Assembly: GCA_043738215.1 (NCBI GenBank)
Contig: JAYUGX010000101.1
Location: 2,961 to 66,960 of the forward strand
Direction of reading: 5' to 3'
DNA: 64,000 bases
DNA from: Lacunisphaera sp.
Lineage (GTDB): Bacteria; Verrucomicrobiota; Verrucomicrobiia; Opitutales; Opitutaceae
The translations under genes were made by a program, and so were the position numbers. The number at the start of each line of letters is the position of its first letter. The first letter of the stretch is position 1. Positions 49,495 through 61,821 of the stretch are shown piece after piece. Below the pieces are notes generated by a model. It was given only the letters and a program-made list of their open reading frames with translations. It was not told the DNA's origin and made no database searches.

Positions 49495-50484
49495 TCATGG
49501 CAGGGTGACGCGCACGGCGCCGGCTTCGCCGACGGTGAGCAGGGCGCCGTCGCCGGCGTCGATGACGTCGGCGACGCTGGTGCCGAAATCGGCGGGCTTC
49601 CAGTGGGTGAAGGTGCGGCCGCCGTCGCGGCTGACGAAGAAATTGCCGCCCTGGCCGGCGAGAACCACCGGGCCGTTGGCGAGTCGCGTGCCACCCATGA
49701 TGAGCACCCTGACGGCGCTGTTCTCCGGTTCCCAAGCTGCGCCATGATCCTCGGACCGCAGGATATGACCGCGCAGGCCAAAGACGACGACCCGGCCGTT
49801 ATCGAGTGGCAGGGCACCGAACAGCGAGCCATCGTAGGAAACCGCGGCCTTGGTCCATTTTTTGCCACCGTCATGTGAAACGAGGAGCGTGCCGCTTTCG
49901 CCGGCGAGATAGAGCCAGCCGTCGGCTCCCTCGGTGATCCGGTTGTAATGCGCCTCATCTTCCGAGGGCTTGGCGGCGGTCCAGTTTTTCCCTCCATCCG
50001 AGGTCACCATGAACTTGCTGTATGCTCCGACGGCAAAGCCATGGGTCGCGTCGCGAAAGAGCACGGAGAGATACACTGTTTCCAGATCCTTGCCGTCATC
50101 CTGACGCATCCAGGTCAGTCCGCCGTCGCTCGTGGCCATAATTACGCCGTCGTGGCCTACTGCCCAGCCGTGCTGTGCATCGGGGAATGCCACCCCGGTG
50201 AGCATGGCCCGGGTGGGCGTGCGGTTCTGCGTCCAGGTGCGCCCCTGGTCAGTGGAGAGCAGCACGTGGCCGCGATCACCCACGGCGACGAGTTTCTCGC
50301 CGGCTCGCGCGACCGAAAGCAGGAGCGACTTGGGAGCCAGAAGCGCAATCTCGGACATTTCCGCTGCGCGGAGAGGGAGAGTGAGGGTGAGGAAAAGCGC
50401 GAGAAGGTGGAGCGCGGCCTCTGGACGCGCTCTGAACCCGTCCGGAGGCCGGGTTCCACCAACGGGGCTCAACTGGTTCGGCAT
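49495..50484 (-). CDS. YCF48/BNR-repeat beta-propeller protein, exported
   Basis: Repeated AVG..G and S.DGG.TW Asp-boxes; signal peptide ending LRA. Confidence 0.9.
   Translation of the reverse strand: MPNQLSPVGGTRPPDGFRARPEAALHLLALFLTLTLPLRAAEMSEIALLAPKSLLLSVARAGEKLVAVGDRGHVLLSTDQGRTWTQNRTPTRAMLTGVAFPDAQHGWAVGHDGVIMATSDGGLTWMRQDDGKDLETVYLSVLFRDATHGFAVGAYSKFMVTSDGGKNWTAAKPSEDEAHYNRITEGADGWLYLAGESGTLLVSHDGGKKWTKAAVSYDGSLFGALPLDNGRVVVFGLRGHILRSEDHGAAWEPENSAVRVLIMGGTRLANGPVVLAGQGGNFFVSRDGGRTFTHWKPADFGTSVADVIDAGDGALLTVGEAGAVRVTLP
50406..50460. repeat. GGTGGA...TTCCACC REP doublet within the signal-peptide coding region
   Basis: Near-perfect palindromic arms; encodes GGTRPPDGFRARPEAALH. Confidence 0.85.
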
Positions 50485-50492
50485 AACTGCAC

Positions 50493-50519
50493 TGGATTCT
50501 TCACTTCGCTCAGATTGAC
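50493..50519. repeat. Single arm of the 24587-type element
   Basis: TGGATTCTTCACTTCGCTCAGATTGAC versus TGGATTCTTCGCTGCGCTCAGAATGAC. Confidence 0.7.
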
Positions 50520-50523
50520 GGGC

Positions 50524-50556
50524 AAGAAAAAGGGCGGCCGTTTCGGGCCGCCCTTT
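50524..50556 (-). terminator. Intrinsic terminator after the DUF1329 gene
   Basis: AAAGGGCGGCC-CGAAAC-GGCCGCCCTTT followed by TTCTT on the minus strand. Confidence 0.85.
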
Positions 50557-50568
50557 GGCTAATTCAGT

Positions 50569-51924
50569 TCAGCGGACACCTTCCTGGCGGAGGGTGGAGG
50601 GTGTGTAGTCCTGCGGGCTGCGGGCGAGGGTGAAGTCATACATCTTGCCCTCGTTGTCCAGGCCGATGGCGAGGTAGCGGCCGGCGAGCAGGTCGGTGTG
50701 GACCTCGAGTGTGCTCCAGAAGGTCTGGGCGTCGTAGTAATTGATGCAATGGGCCTCGGAGACGCGCCAGAGCTGGCCGCGGCCGTCGTATTGGTCGACG
50801 GCGAGAATTTGCCAGCTGTCCTCGTCGATGTAGAAGGTTCGGCGCGAATAGACGTGGCTGGTGCCGGCCTTGAGGGTGGCGTCCACGACCCAGACCCGGT
50901 GCAACTCGTAGCGGGTCAGGTTCTGGTTGATGTGCAGCGGTGTGAGGATGTCCCTATACTTCAGCCCGTCGCTGTGGAGCTTGTAGGAATTGTAGGGGAC
51001 ATACATTTCCTTTTTGCCCATCAGCTTCCAATCATAGCGATCAGGCGCGCCGTTGAACATGTCGAACTGGTCGGAGGTGCGCATGCCGTCGGCGGCGGTG
51101 CCGGGGTTGTCGTAGGCGACATTGGGGGCGCGGCGCACGCGGCGCTGGCCGGTGTTGTAGATCCAGGCCCGCCGGGGCTCCTTCACCTGGTCCATCGTCT
51201 CGTGCACGACGAGGATGGAGCCGGCTAGGCGGGCGGGTGCAGTGACGGCCTGCTTGAAGTAGATGAGGACGTTGTCGAGGTCCTTCTCCTGGATGCCGTC
51301 GCGGACGTAGTTGAACAGGAACTCATCGTCGAAATCCACGAGGTTGTAGCTGCCGTTGCGCTGCGGGGCCGCCTGGCTGATATGGCGGCTGGCCGCGACG
51401 CCGCGGTAGCGGGTGAGATGGTTCCAGATGACCTCGAGTCCGTTTTGCGGAATCGGAAACGGCGCGCCGATGACCGAGCCGGTGATGCCGTTGCCGCCCA
51501 CGGTGAGGGAGGCGGTCGTGGCGTTCTGCTTGGTGGCGTCGTAGATGCGCTGCGGGTTCGAGGCGCTGCGGTGCGTCACGTAAACCGGCATGATGTAGTC
51601 CGGATAAGCCTTGAGCAGGGCGAGGTGCCCGGCGCTGAGCTTGCCGGCATACTTGTCGGCATTGGAGCCGCTGATGGTGAACAGCGGCTGCTCGCCGCCG
51701 TAAGGATCGGGGTGATGCATGCCGGCGGCGTAGCCGGCGGGCGGAGCGGTGATGCCGCCGGTCCACGCGGGGATGGAGCCGTCGGCGTTGCCGGCCTTTT
51801 CGCCACCGAGCGGGGTGAGGTCGCGGCCGAGGCGGCTGGCGTCGGCGGCGGAGATGCCGGCGGCCGCGCTGAGCACGAAGCAGAAGGAGCCGAGGAGGGT
51901 AAGCAGAAGATTTTTCGTTTTCAT
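50569..51924 (-). CDS. DUF1329 periplasmic protein
   Basis: LTP.G.EKAGNADGSIPAW.GG, PFPIP..G.E..WNH, GQRRVRRAP, RYELHRVWVV, FY.DEDSW. Confidence 0.93.
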   Translation of the reverse strand: MKTKNLLLTLLGSFCFVLSAAAGISAADASRLGRDLTPLGGEKAGNADGSIPAWTGGITAPPAGYAAGMHHPDPYGGEQPLFTISGSNADKYAGKLSAGHLALLKAYPDYIMPVYVTHRSASNPQRIYDATKQNATTASLTVGGNGITGSVIGAPFPIPQNGLEVIWNHLTRYRGVAASRHISQAAPQRNGSYNLVDFDDEFLFNYVRDGIQEKDLDNVLIYFKQAVTAPARLAGSILVVHETMDQVKEPRRAWIYNTGQRRVRRAPNVAYDNPGTAADGMRTSDQFDMFNGAPDRYDWKLMGKKEMYVPYNSYKLHSDGLKYRDILTPLHINQNLTRYELHRVWVVDATLKAGTSHVYSRRTFYIDEDSWQILAVDQYDGRGQLWRVSEAHCINYYDAQTFWSTLEVHTDLLAGRYLAIGLDNEGKMYDFTLARSPQDYTPSTLRQEGVR

Positions 51925-51945
51925 GGGTGAGGGGTGTTCGCCGGG

Positions 51946-53916
51946 TTAGAACGAATACTTCAGGTTGCAGGAGATGTAGTCGCGGTCGCCGAGCAGGTTG
52001 TAGCGGCCGGCGCCGAAGAAGTCGACGTAGCGCACATCCAGCGCCCAGGAGTTCTGGAAGGTGAACTCCGCGCCCACGGTGAGCGACTTGCGGCCGTGGA
52101 GGAAGTTGCCCATCGGCAGCGGCGTGTTGCCGCGGACGTCGTGGGTGAAGACCAGCAGCGGCGACACGTTCACGCCCTTGAAGGCGTTGTTGTAATCAAG
52201 ACGGCCGACGAGTTGGTAGCCCCACGAGAAGCTGTCAGCGAAGGCGGAGGCGGGCTCGGAAGCGGGCAGGATGCCCGAGGCGTTGCTGCCCGAGTTGTTC
52301 ATGTAGTTGATGTCACCGCCAACGAAGGTGCCCGGGCCGTCGTAGCGCAGGGTGCCCTTGCTCGGCAGGTCGGCGTGGACGAAGCCAATCTCCCCGAGGA
52401 GGGTGGTCTGGTCGGCGCCGAGGAAGCCGCGGGTGACCTTCGTGGCCGTCATCTGGCCGGTCCAGACCTTGTGGCGGTGGAAGCCGGGGATGTAGGTGTC
52501 GAGGGCGAAGGCGCCGATCTGGTTGTTGGCACTGAAGCGCGAACTGAGCGGCGAGAGCGCGGCGAACAGCAGCTCGACGTCGTCCACCTGCAACGGCTGG
52601 TTGTTGCGGTAGCTGAGCTCGCCCTGGATGGCGATGCCCTTGAGGCTGGTGTTGAAGCTGGCGCCCCAGAGATGAACATCCTTGGGGAACTCGATGATGT
52701 AGCGCCCGGTCGCGGCCGCCCTGAGCAGTTCCCGCTGGGCGAGCTGGCCGGTGACACCCGCCACCGTGGAGTAGAAAGGCTGCAGCGCGGCCGGCAAGGC
52801 GCTGGCCGGCACGCCGGTCAGCGTGGCGCCGATCAGGGTGGCCAGCGCGCTGCCGATAACGGCCGGATCGGCCGTGCCGAGGGCGGCCCCAATACTGGCG
52901 CCGAGCAGTGGGCTCAGGATGGCGCCGGAGTCGGAAGCCGCGCGGGCGCCGTTCACCGGCACTGTCGGGGTGCTGGCCGAGATCACCGGCAGCCGGCTGT
53001 GGTAATTCATGTAGTAGAGGCCGAACTCCGTGTCCTTGAGCCCGTGCGCCAGCCACTTGAGGTTGATGCCGAACTGGCCGGAATTGCCGGGCTCGCGGTC
53101 TGTGCCGCGGGGGATGGGGCCGAAGGTGGAGGCATCGGAGAGGGCGCCAAAGCCGAGCAAGACCTTCGTGCCACCCTTGGCCACAAAGTCATTCGTGCTG
53201 AAATAGGTGCCGGGCGGGTCGATGCGGGTGCGATCCCAGTCGAAGAGATAAAAGGCCTCAAGGGTGAGATTCTCCGTCAGGTTGAGTGAGCCGGACGCCA
53301 TCATGAGGGGGCGCAGGGCTTCCTTGAGCTCGGAGCCGGGGGTGCGCAGCTTGGCGACGTCGATCGGGTTCACCGAGTTGATGCCGTTCGGAATGAAGGT
53401 GCTTTCACCCCAGCTGAGCACCTGGCGGCCGAGCCGCAGGCTGGCGGGCATGTTGCCGCTTGTCTTGAAAAACACGTAGGCGTCGAGCAATTCGGCGCCC
53501 TCGGACACGACCTTATTGGCCTCGTCGCTGAGCGCGGTGCGGCCGCGGGTGCCGTTGGAGTTGACGAAGTCGTTGAAGTAATAGCCGCGCACGAACAGAC
53601 CGGCGTTGTTGTACTGGATCAGCAGGTCGTGGTTGGCCTTGACCAACAGCGAGGAAATACCGTGGCGATAGTTCAGATTGCCGTCGTCGGCGTTGACCGA
53701 GCGCTGGAGGCCGCCGGCGGCCAGTCCGTAAAGGGCCGGGTCCGGGTCATCGAGGCGGTAGAGGCCGCCAATGGAGAGCGTGGTGTCGAAGCTGCCCTTG
53801 GCTGAGCCAAGCTCGAACAGGAACGCCCGGGCCGCGGGGGCCAGTCCGAGCGCGAGGGCGAGGCCGGTGAGCGCCGGCCAACGCAGACAATGAGTGATAG
53901 CTTTGCTTAGGTTCAT
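51946..53916 (-). CDS. DUF1302 outer-membrane protein
   Basis: N.DDGNLN, LLDAY, R.GRQV.SWGESTF...GIN, YF...D, NYHSR.P; ends in F. Confidence 0.92.
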   Translation of the reverse strand: MNLSKAITHCLRWPALTGLALALGLAPAARAFLFELGSAKGSFDTTLSIGGLYRLDDPDPALYGLAAGGLQRSVNADDGNLNYRHGISSLLVKANHDLLIQYNNAGLFVRGYYFNDFVNSNGTRGRTALSDEANKVVSEGAELLDAYVFFKTSGNMPASLRLGRQVLSWGESTFIPNGINSVNPIDVAKLRTPGSELKEALRPLMMASGSLNLTENLTLEAFYLFDWDRTRIDPPGTYFSTNDFVAKGGTKVLLGFGALSDASTFGPIPRGTDREPGNSGQFGINLKWLAHGLKDTEFGLYYMNYHSRLPVISASTPTVPVNGARAASDSGAILSPLLGASIGAALGTADPAVIGSALATLIGATLTGVPASALPAALQPFYSTVAGVTGQLAQRELLRAAATGRYIIEFPKDVHLWGASFNTSLKGIAIQGELSYRNNQPLQVDDVELLFAALSPLSSRFSANNQIGAFALDTYIPGFHRHKVWTGQMTATKVTRGFLGADQTTLLGEIGFVHADLPSKGTLRYDGPGTFVGGDINYMNNSGSNASGILPASEPASAFADSFSWGYQLVGRLDYNNAFKGVNVSPLLVFTHDVRGNTPLPMGNFLHGRKSLTVGAEFTFQNSWALDVRYVDFFGAGRYNLLGDRDYISCNLKYSF

Positions 53917-54110
53917 AATGGGTAACACGAACGCAGCCTCTACTGAGGCGGGGGTGGGGTGGGGTTGAGCAAGCCCGGGGCTTGCCGTTTGAATGGTGTC
54001 ATAAAGTGAATTTCCGCCGGAGACTTCAAGTGCTAAACCGCGCTCTGGCAGGAAGTTTCTTTTTGGCATTAGCGTTTTGACGCCTGCCACAAAACGGCAA
54101 CCTTGGCCCC

Positions 54111-56948
<2,838 letters not shown>

Positions 56949-57040
56949 CCGGGGCTGGAATTTGCAACTTTGGGCAGGGATGAGGGGTGATAAGGGCAAC
57001 CGGCCGCCGGGCCCCAACCTCAACCCGTCCAATCATCGCC

Positions 57041-57619
57041 ATGAAATCCACCCGTTCCCACCTCATCGCCGCCGGCCTGTCGCTGGCGCTTGCCACCCTT
57101 GGTTTCGCTGCCGAGACCGAGCCCGGTTACATCGACATTGGCCAGCTCATGCCCTCTGCGAAGGGCCAGTTCGTCGAAGTAAACCTCTCCACCTCCATGC
57201 TCAAGTTCGCCGCCCGCCTCGTCGCCCGGGAGGAGCCCGAGACCGCCGAGCTCATCCGCGGCCTGAAGAGCATCCGCGTCAACGTTGTCGGCCTCGACGA
57301 CACCAATCGCGCCGGCACCGTCGAACAAATTGAGTCCGTCCGGCGCAAGCTCGAGACCCAGGGTTGGACCAAGATGGTCACCGTCCGCGAGAAGGACCAC
57401 GGTGACAATGTCGACATCCACATCAAGCAGCGCGGCGAAGAGGCCATCGACGGCCTGGTGATCACCGTTATCGACCGGAAGGGTGAGGCTGTCTTTGTGA
57501 ACATCGTGGGTAATATCAACGCCGACCAGCTGGCCAAGATCGCCGACAAGTTCGATATCGAGCCGTTGCGCAAGATTCACCTGAAGCTCGACGAAAAGAA
57601 GAAGGCCAAGGAAGTCTGA
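57041..57619 (+). CDS. DUF4252-like exported protein
   Basis: Signal peptide; VEVNL...LK, L..I.V, GW..MV.VR, VFVNIVGNI. Confidence 0.8.
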   Translation: MKSTRSHLIAAGLSLALATLGFAAETEPGYIDIGQLMPSAKGQFVEVNLSTSMLKFAARLVAREEPETAELIRGLKSIRVNVVGLDDTNRAGTVEQIESVRRKLETQGWTKMVTVREKDHGDNVDIHIKQRGEEAIDGLVITVIDRKGEAVFVNIVGNINADQLAKIADKFDIEPLRKIHLKLDEKKKAKEV

Positions 57620-57656
57620 GCCTCGCTGCTCCCCGGCCTTGGCTGGAGACTCTTCC

Positions 57657-58283
57657 ATGAACACCGATCCTCAACCTCCCGCACCGCGCCGCCATGTCTG
57701 GCGGTGGGTGCTGCTCGGTGTCGGTATCTGCCTGACGCCCTTCGTGCTGCTGGTGATTGCCGCGATCAGTTTCCTGACCCTGGACAGTGACGCCGCGATG
57801 CTGCGCAAGCACGTCATGGCGGCGACCGACGCCGGCTGGCACACCCGGGTCCAGATGAGCGTCGGCGGCATCACGCTCGGTGCGTTGCGACAGGGCCTGC
57901 ATTTCGTCCACGCCAAGAATATCGAGGAAGCCAGACTGGCGCTCCGGGCCGTCCGGCACGCCAGTGTCGGCGTTTACGAGCGCACCTCCGGTCCCGCCGA
58001 CTGGTCGCACCTGCAGCTTTTCGCCGACACGGATCAAGCCATGGGACGGCGCGGCTGGACGCGGCTCGTGGGCGTCGCAGACAACAAGGACACCGTTCTG
58101 ATCTATGTGCCGCAGGATATGGCCACGGACGGACCGGTCGATATGTGCATGGCCGTGGTCAATGGCAGGGAGCTGGTTGTCGTCTCAACGAGTGTCGATG
58201 CCTCGGTGCTGGGGGAGCTGGTCAAGCAGCACATCGACCACGATGGGACGGGCCATCTGCACTTCGCGAAGTTCAAGTTTTGA
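57657..58283 (+). CDS. Membrane-anchored hypothetical protein, weakly similar to the upstream gene
   Basis: N-terminal TM; GWTRLV.V ...V.IYV ... ELVVV pattern. Confidence 0.7.
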   Translation: MNTDPQPPAPRRHVWRWVLLGVGICLTPFVLLVIAAISFLTLDSDAAMLRKHVMAATDAGWHTRVQMSVGGITLGALRQGLHFVHAKNIEEARLALRAVRHASVGVYERTSGPADWSHLQLFADTDQAMGRRGWTRLVGVADNKDTVLIYVPQDMATDGPVDMCMAVVNGRELVVVSTSVDASVLGELVKQHIDHDGTGHLHFAKFKF

Positions 58284-58284
58284 T

Positions 58285-58349
58285 GATGGAACCCGACCTC
58301 CGGGCGGGTTTCCCACGACAAGAAGCCCGCTCGGAGATCGGGCTCCACC
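58285..58349. repeat. GGTGGA-type REP doublet
   Basis: Arms are reverse complements of those at 63895-63962. Confidence 0.88.
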
Positions 58350-58392
58350 TGTTTGTTGCCAACGCCTCTGTTCCGTGTAATTCGTGGCGGCG

Positions 58393-59589
58393 ATGTCTCG
58401 CCTGCCCACCATCGTTACGACCCCGGCTCTGCCGACTGTCGTTCACCTTGATGCCGATGCGTTCTTCGTGTCGTGCGAGCTGGCGGTGCACCCGGAACTG
58501 CGCGGCACCAAGTGCGCCGTGGGCGGACGCGAGCGGGGCATCATTTCCTCGGCAAGCTATGAGGCCCGGGCCTGCGGCGTCTACACGCCGATGGCGACCA
58601 AAGCGGCGCTGCGCATCTGTCCCGACCTGATCCTGCTGCCGCACACCAGCGGAATCTACAGCAAGAAGTCGCGGGAGGTTTTCGACCTTTGCGAGACGCT
58701 CACCCCCGTGGTGCAGCGCAACTCAGTCGACGAAGGCTATCTCGATCTCGCGCCCTGCGGCTTCAAGACGGCGGAGGAAATTGAGCGTCGCGTCCGTGCC
58801 CTGCAGCAGCGGATTTGGGATGAACTGCAGATCCCGACCTCGTTCGGTGTCGCGGCCAACAAATTGGTGGCCGCCATTGCCAGCAAAGCGAGGAAACCCA
58901 AGGGGTTCACAGCCGTCCTGCCCGACACTGAGGCGGAGTTCCTGGCGCCGATGAAAATCAATGTCCTCCCCGGCGTGGGCAAGAAGAGCGAGGCCCGGCT
59001 GGAGGCGGCGGGCATTAATTTGGTGCGCGACCTGTTCACCCGGACTGAGCCGGAGCTGAAAGCATTGTTCGGCAACTCGTGGGAGGAGGTGCTGGCCATG
59101 GCGCGGGGGGAGGACGATCGGCCGGTGCACACCGAGCGCGAGGATGCCAAGTCCTACTCGACGCAGGAGACTTTCATGCAGGACATCCGGGACTTCACCG
59201 AGATCGAGCGCATCGCCAAGCGGATGATTGACGAACTCATGCCCAAGATTCGCGAGGACGGGAAGCGGGTGAAGACGATGACCGTAAAGGTGCGCTATCC
59301 CGGCATGGAGGACAGCTCGACCGGCCGCAGCCTGGCCGAGGCCACCGATCTCGAGGCGCCGTTTTATCTGCTGGTGGAGCCATTGCTCAAGGACGCGTGG
59401 ACTTTGAATCGACCGTTGCGGTTGGTCAGCGTGCGGTTCTCCAATGTGGAAGAGAAGGGGAGCCAGCTCGAGATGTTCGGGCAGACCGACGACAGGAAGC
59501 GCCGGCTCGCCGCCGTGCTGGACAAGCTCAATGACCGCGGGAAGAAGGGCGTCGTCCGGCACGGGCACCAGATACAAAAAGACGATTAA
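58393..59589 (+). CDS. dinB: DNA polymerase IV (Y family)
   Basis: HLDADAFF.S.E, SASYEAR..GV, SVDE.YLD, NKL.A.IAS, PGVG; QLEMF clamp motif. Confidence 0.95.
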   Translation: MSRLPTIVTTPALPTVVHLDADAFFVSCELAVHPELRGTKCAVGGRERGIISSASYEARACGVYTPMATKAALRICPDLILLPHTSGIYSKKSREVFDLCETLTPVVQRNSVDEGYLDLAPCGFKTAEEIERRVRALQQRIWDELQIPTSFGVAANKLVAAIASKARKPKGFTAVLPDTEAEFLAPMKINVLPGVGKKSEARLEAAGINLVRDLFTRTEPELKALFGNSWEEVLAMARGEDDRPVHTEREDAKSYSTQETFMQDIRDFTEIERIAKRMIDELMPKIREDGKRVKTMTVKVRYPGMEDSSTGRSLAEATDLEAPFYLLVEPLLKDAWTLNRPLRLVSVRFSNVEEKGSQLEMFGQTDDRKRRLAAVLDKLNDRGKKGVVRHGHQIQKDD

Positions 59590-59662
59590 CCACGACGGCA
59601 CTACGTCACCACGAGCTTTTAAGCTTGGTCTCCGGTGTGTCGTGCCGTGGTGTCGTAGTGGT
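59588..59662. repeat. Inverted element AACCACGACGGCAC...GTCGTAGTGGT with ~8-nt units
   Basis: Spans from the dinB stop to the next gene's GTG. Confidence 0.6.
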
Positions 59663-60458
59663 GAATGAACTAGACCGAAGAATAGCGGTGGCGAAGGAAG
59701 CTGTCATGGCCGAGACCGCGTTGTTGCACCGCGAGTTCGGCCGGGCCAAGAGCGAAATCAAGCACGACGGCACGCGAGTGACGGCGGTCGACATTGCCAT
59801 CTCCCAGAACATCCAGGAAGCCATCGCCAAGGCATTCCCTGGCGACCAGTTTTTCAGCGAGGAACTGACGCCCGCCGCCGCCCCGGTGCCGGTGACATCG
59901 CGTTTCTGCTGGGTGCTCGACCCGATCGACGGCACGAACAACTACACCAACGGCATCAGCTACTGCGCCATTTCCCTGGCTTTGCTGGAGCGGGGCGTGC
60001 CGGTTTACGGCGTGATCTACGATCTGGCGCGCCGGGTGTTGATCCACGGCGGTCCCGGCCGGGGTGTCTGGGACGGGGACAAGGCCGCGCATGCCCGCCC
60101 CGAGCCACCCAACGCCAACAGCTTGGTCGGCTTTCATTCGCCGGTGGACAAGAGCCATGCGACCCAAGGCAAGCGGCTGATCGAGAACTTCAAGATCCGA
60201 GGGCTCGGCAGCAGCACGCTGCACCTGGCCTACGCCGCCATCGGGCTGCTCGACGGCGTGGTGGACCACAACAACAAGGTGTGGGACATCGCCGCGGCCT
60301 GCGCGCTGCTGCAGGAAGCGGGCGTGGAAATCCACTACTTGGAAAACCCGCCGTTTCCGCTGCGCGAGTTCACCCTTAAGGCCCCGCGCGTCCAATACGC
60401 CGCTGGCAACAAGGCGATGGTGACGAAGCTGCTCGAAATTCTCGAACGTCAGACTTGA
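59661..60458 (+). CDS. Inositol monophosphatase family protein
   Basis: VT.VD, SEE, WVLDPIDGT.NY, WDIAA; start uncertain. Confidence 0.92.
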   Translation: MNELDRRIAVAKEAVMAETALLHREFGRAKSEIKHDGTRVTAVDIAISQNIQEAIAKAFPGDQFFSEELTPAAAPVPVTSRFCWVLDPIDGTNNYTNGISYCAISLALLERGVPVYGVIYDLARRVLIHGGPGRGVWDGDKAAHARPEPPNANSLVGFHSPVDKSHATQGKRLIENFKIRGLGSSTLHLAYAAIGLLDGVVDHNNKVWDIAAACALLQEAGVEIHYLENPPFPLREFTLKAPRVQYAAGNKAMVTKLLEILERQT

Positions 60459-61807
60459 TAGGTCTTCAGCGGGACGGGGTCGAGGACCTTGGCCTTCGGC
60501 AGCTTTTCCTTAAACTGCGCGGCGAACCAGGCGCGGGCCGGCGGGTCGCCATGGGTGAGGACGATGGATCGGGGGTTGCAATTGACGGCATAGGCGAGGA
60601 GCTCCTCGCGCGCGGCGTGGCCGCTAAACTCGAAGCGCTCGATGTTGGCGCGGACCTTGACCTTCACATTGACGGCGTCGAACAGGAAGAACTCACCCTT
60701 CTTGGCCGCCTGCAGGTGGCCGCCGGGGGTGTCGGGGTCACAGTAGCCGACGAAACAGATGCTGTGCTTGGGGCTGCCAGCGAGGCAGGAGGCGAGGGTA
60801 TAGGAGGCGGTGTTTTCGACCATCATGCCGCTGCTGACCACGTAGATGCCTTGCGTGGGTGGCTCCTTGCCCGGGACCAGGTCGCGGGGGGATTTCTTGA
60901 CCTTGAGCTCCTTTAGGATGGTGCGGGTGAAGTGGACCAGGCCGGTCTTCCGGGAGATTTCGTCAAAGTAGTCGCAGAGGTCCATGCCGAGGCCGGAGGC
61001 GAAGATGGGCGCGGCGGCGAGCCGGTGGAATTTCCGGGCGTCGTGGAGGATGGCGAGGATCTCCTGCATGCGGCCGAGGGCGAAGACCGGGATGAGCACC
61101 GAGCCGCCGCGCTGGAGCGTGGCGTTGATGGTGTCGATGAGCCGGATCATCTCGCCCGAGCGGGCGTGGCCGGGCGGCTTCTCGGTGGCGCCGTGGGTCG
61201 TCTCGGTGACCAGCGTGTCGAAGCGGGCGGTGGGAAACTTGGCGCCGTCGAGGATGCGCTGGGTGGTGAAGAGCACGTCGCCGGTGAAAAAGATGCGGCG
61301 GTGCTTGTGGACGATCTCGACGCCGGCCGCGCCGGCGATGTGCCCGGCGGAGTGGAAGGTGAACTCGATCTCGTCGCGGGCGCCGGAGAATTTCTTCGGG
61401 TTGTTGAACATGTGCGGAAACATCCGCGGCGCGACGCGATCGATCTCGTCGTGCGTGAAGAGCGGGTAGTCCGCGATGCCCTTCTCCTCGCGTTCGCGGA
61501 CCATGACGTTGGCCGAGTTGTGCAGCATGCGCTCGATGAGCATGCGGCTCGGCAGCGTCATGATGACGGGCGTGTTCGGCTGGTCGCGCATCAGCAGCGG
61601 CAGCGAGCCAATGTGGTCGAGATGGCAGTGCGTGATGAGGATGAGGTCGAGCTTCACCCCCTGCAGCGGCCGGAGATTGGGGGCGGCGACCCGGCCGGTC
61701 TTCTTGGGATTGAGGCCGCTGTCGATGACAAGGTGAAAGTCGCCGATTTGGACGTAGAGGGAGTTGGCGCCGATGCCGCCATCGGTGTTCAGATCAATGA
61801 GCTTCAT
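60449..61807 (-). CDS. MBL/beta-CASP RNA-processing nuclease
   Basis: THCHLDHIG, AGHI.GA, TGD, ETT.G, PVFALGR.QE, FSGHA, L.HGD. Confidence 0.9.
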   Translation of the reverse strand: MKLIDLNTDGGIGANSLYVQIGDFHLVIDSGLNPKKTGRVAAPNLRPLQGVKLDLILITHCHLDHIGSLPLLMRDQPNTPVIMTLPSRMLIERMLHNSANVMVREREEKGIADYPLFTHDEIDRVAPRMFPHMFNNPKKFSGARDEIEFTFHSAGHIAGAAGVEIVHKHRRIFFTGDVLFTTQRILDGAKFPTARFDTLVTETTHGATEKPPGHARSGEMIRLIDTINATLQRGGSVLIPVFALGRMQEILAILHDARKFHRLAAAPIFASGLGMDLCDYFDEISRKTGLVHFTRTILKELKVKKSPRDLVPGKEPPTQGIYVVSSGMMVENTASYTLASCLAGSPKHSICFVGYCDPDTPGGHLQAAKKGEFFLFDAVNVKVKVRANIERFEFSGHAAREELLAYAVNCNPRSIVLTHGDPPARAWFAAQFKEKLPKAKVLDPVPLKTYQV

Positions 61808-61821
61808 TCAGTGGAGGCCAG

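Noticed and set aside
49404-49997. 198-aa N-terminal extension of the RND ORF (978 aa in the track)
   Set aside because: It overlaps the YCF48-like gene in another frame and runs through a REP; recognisable RND sequence starts at 49403.
58369-58387. TGTTC upstream of dinB as a LexA box, or TTCCGTGTAATTCGTGG as a repeat arm
   Set aside because: Second half (TAATT) matches TGTTC-N4-GAACA poorly, and the segment also fits a TTGCCA-N16-TAATTC promoter; ambiguous.
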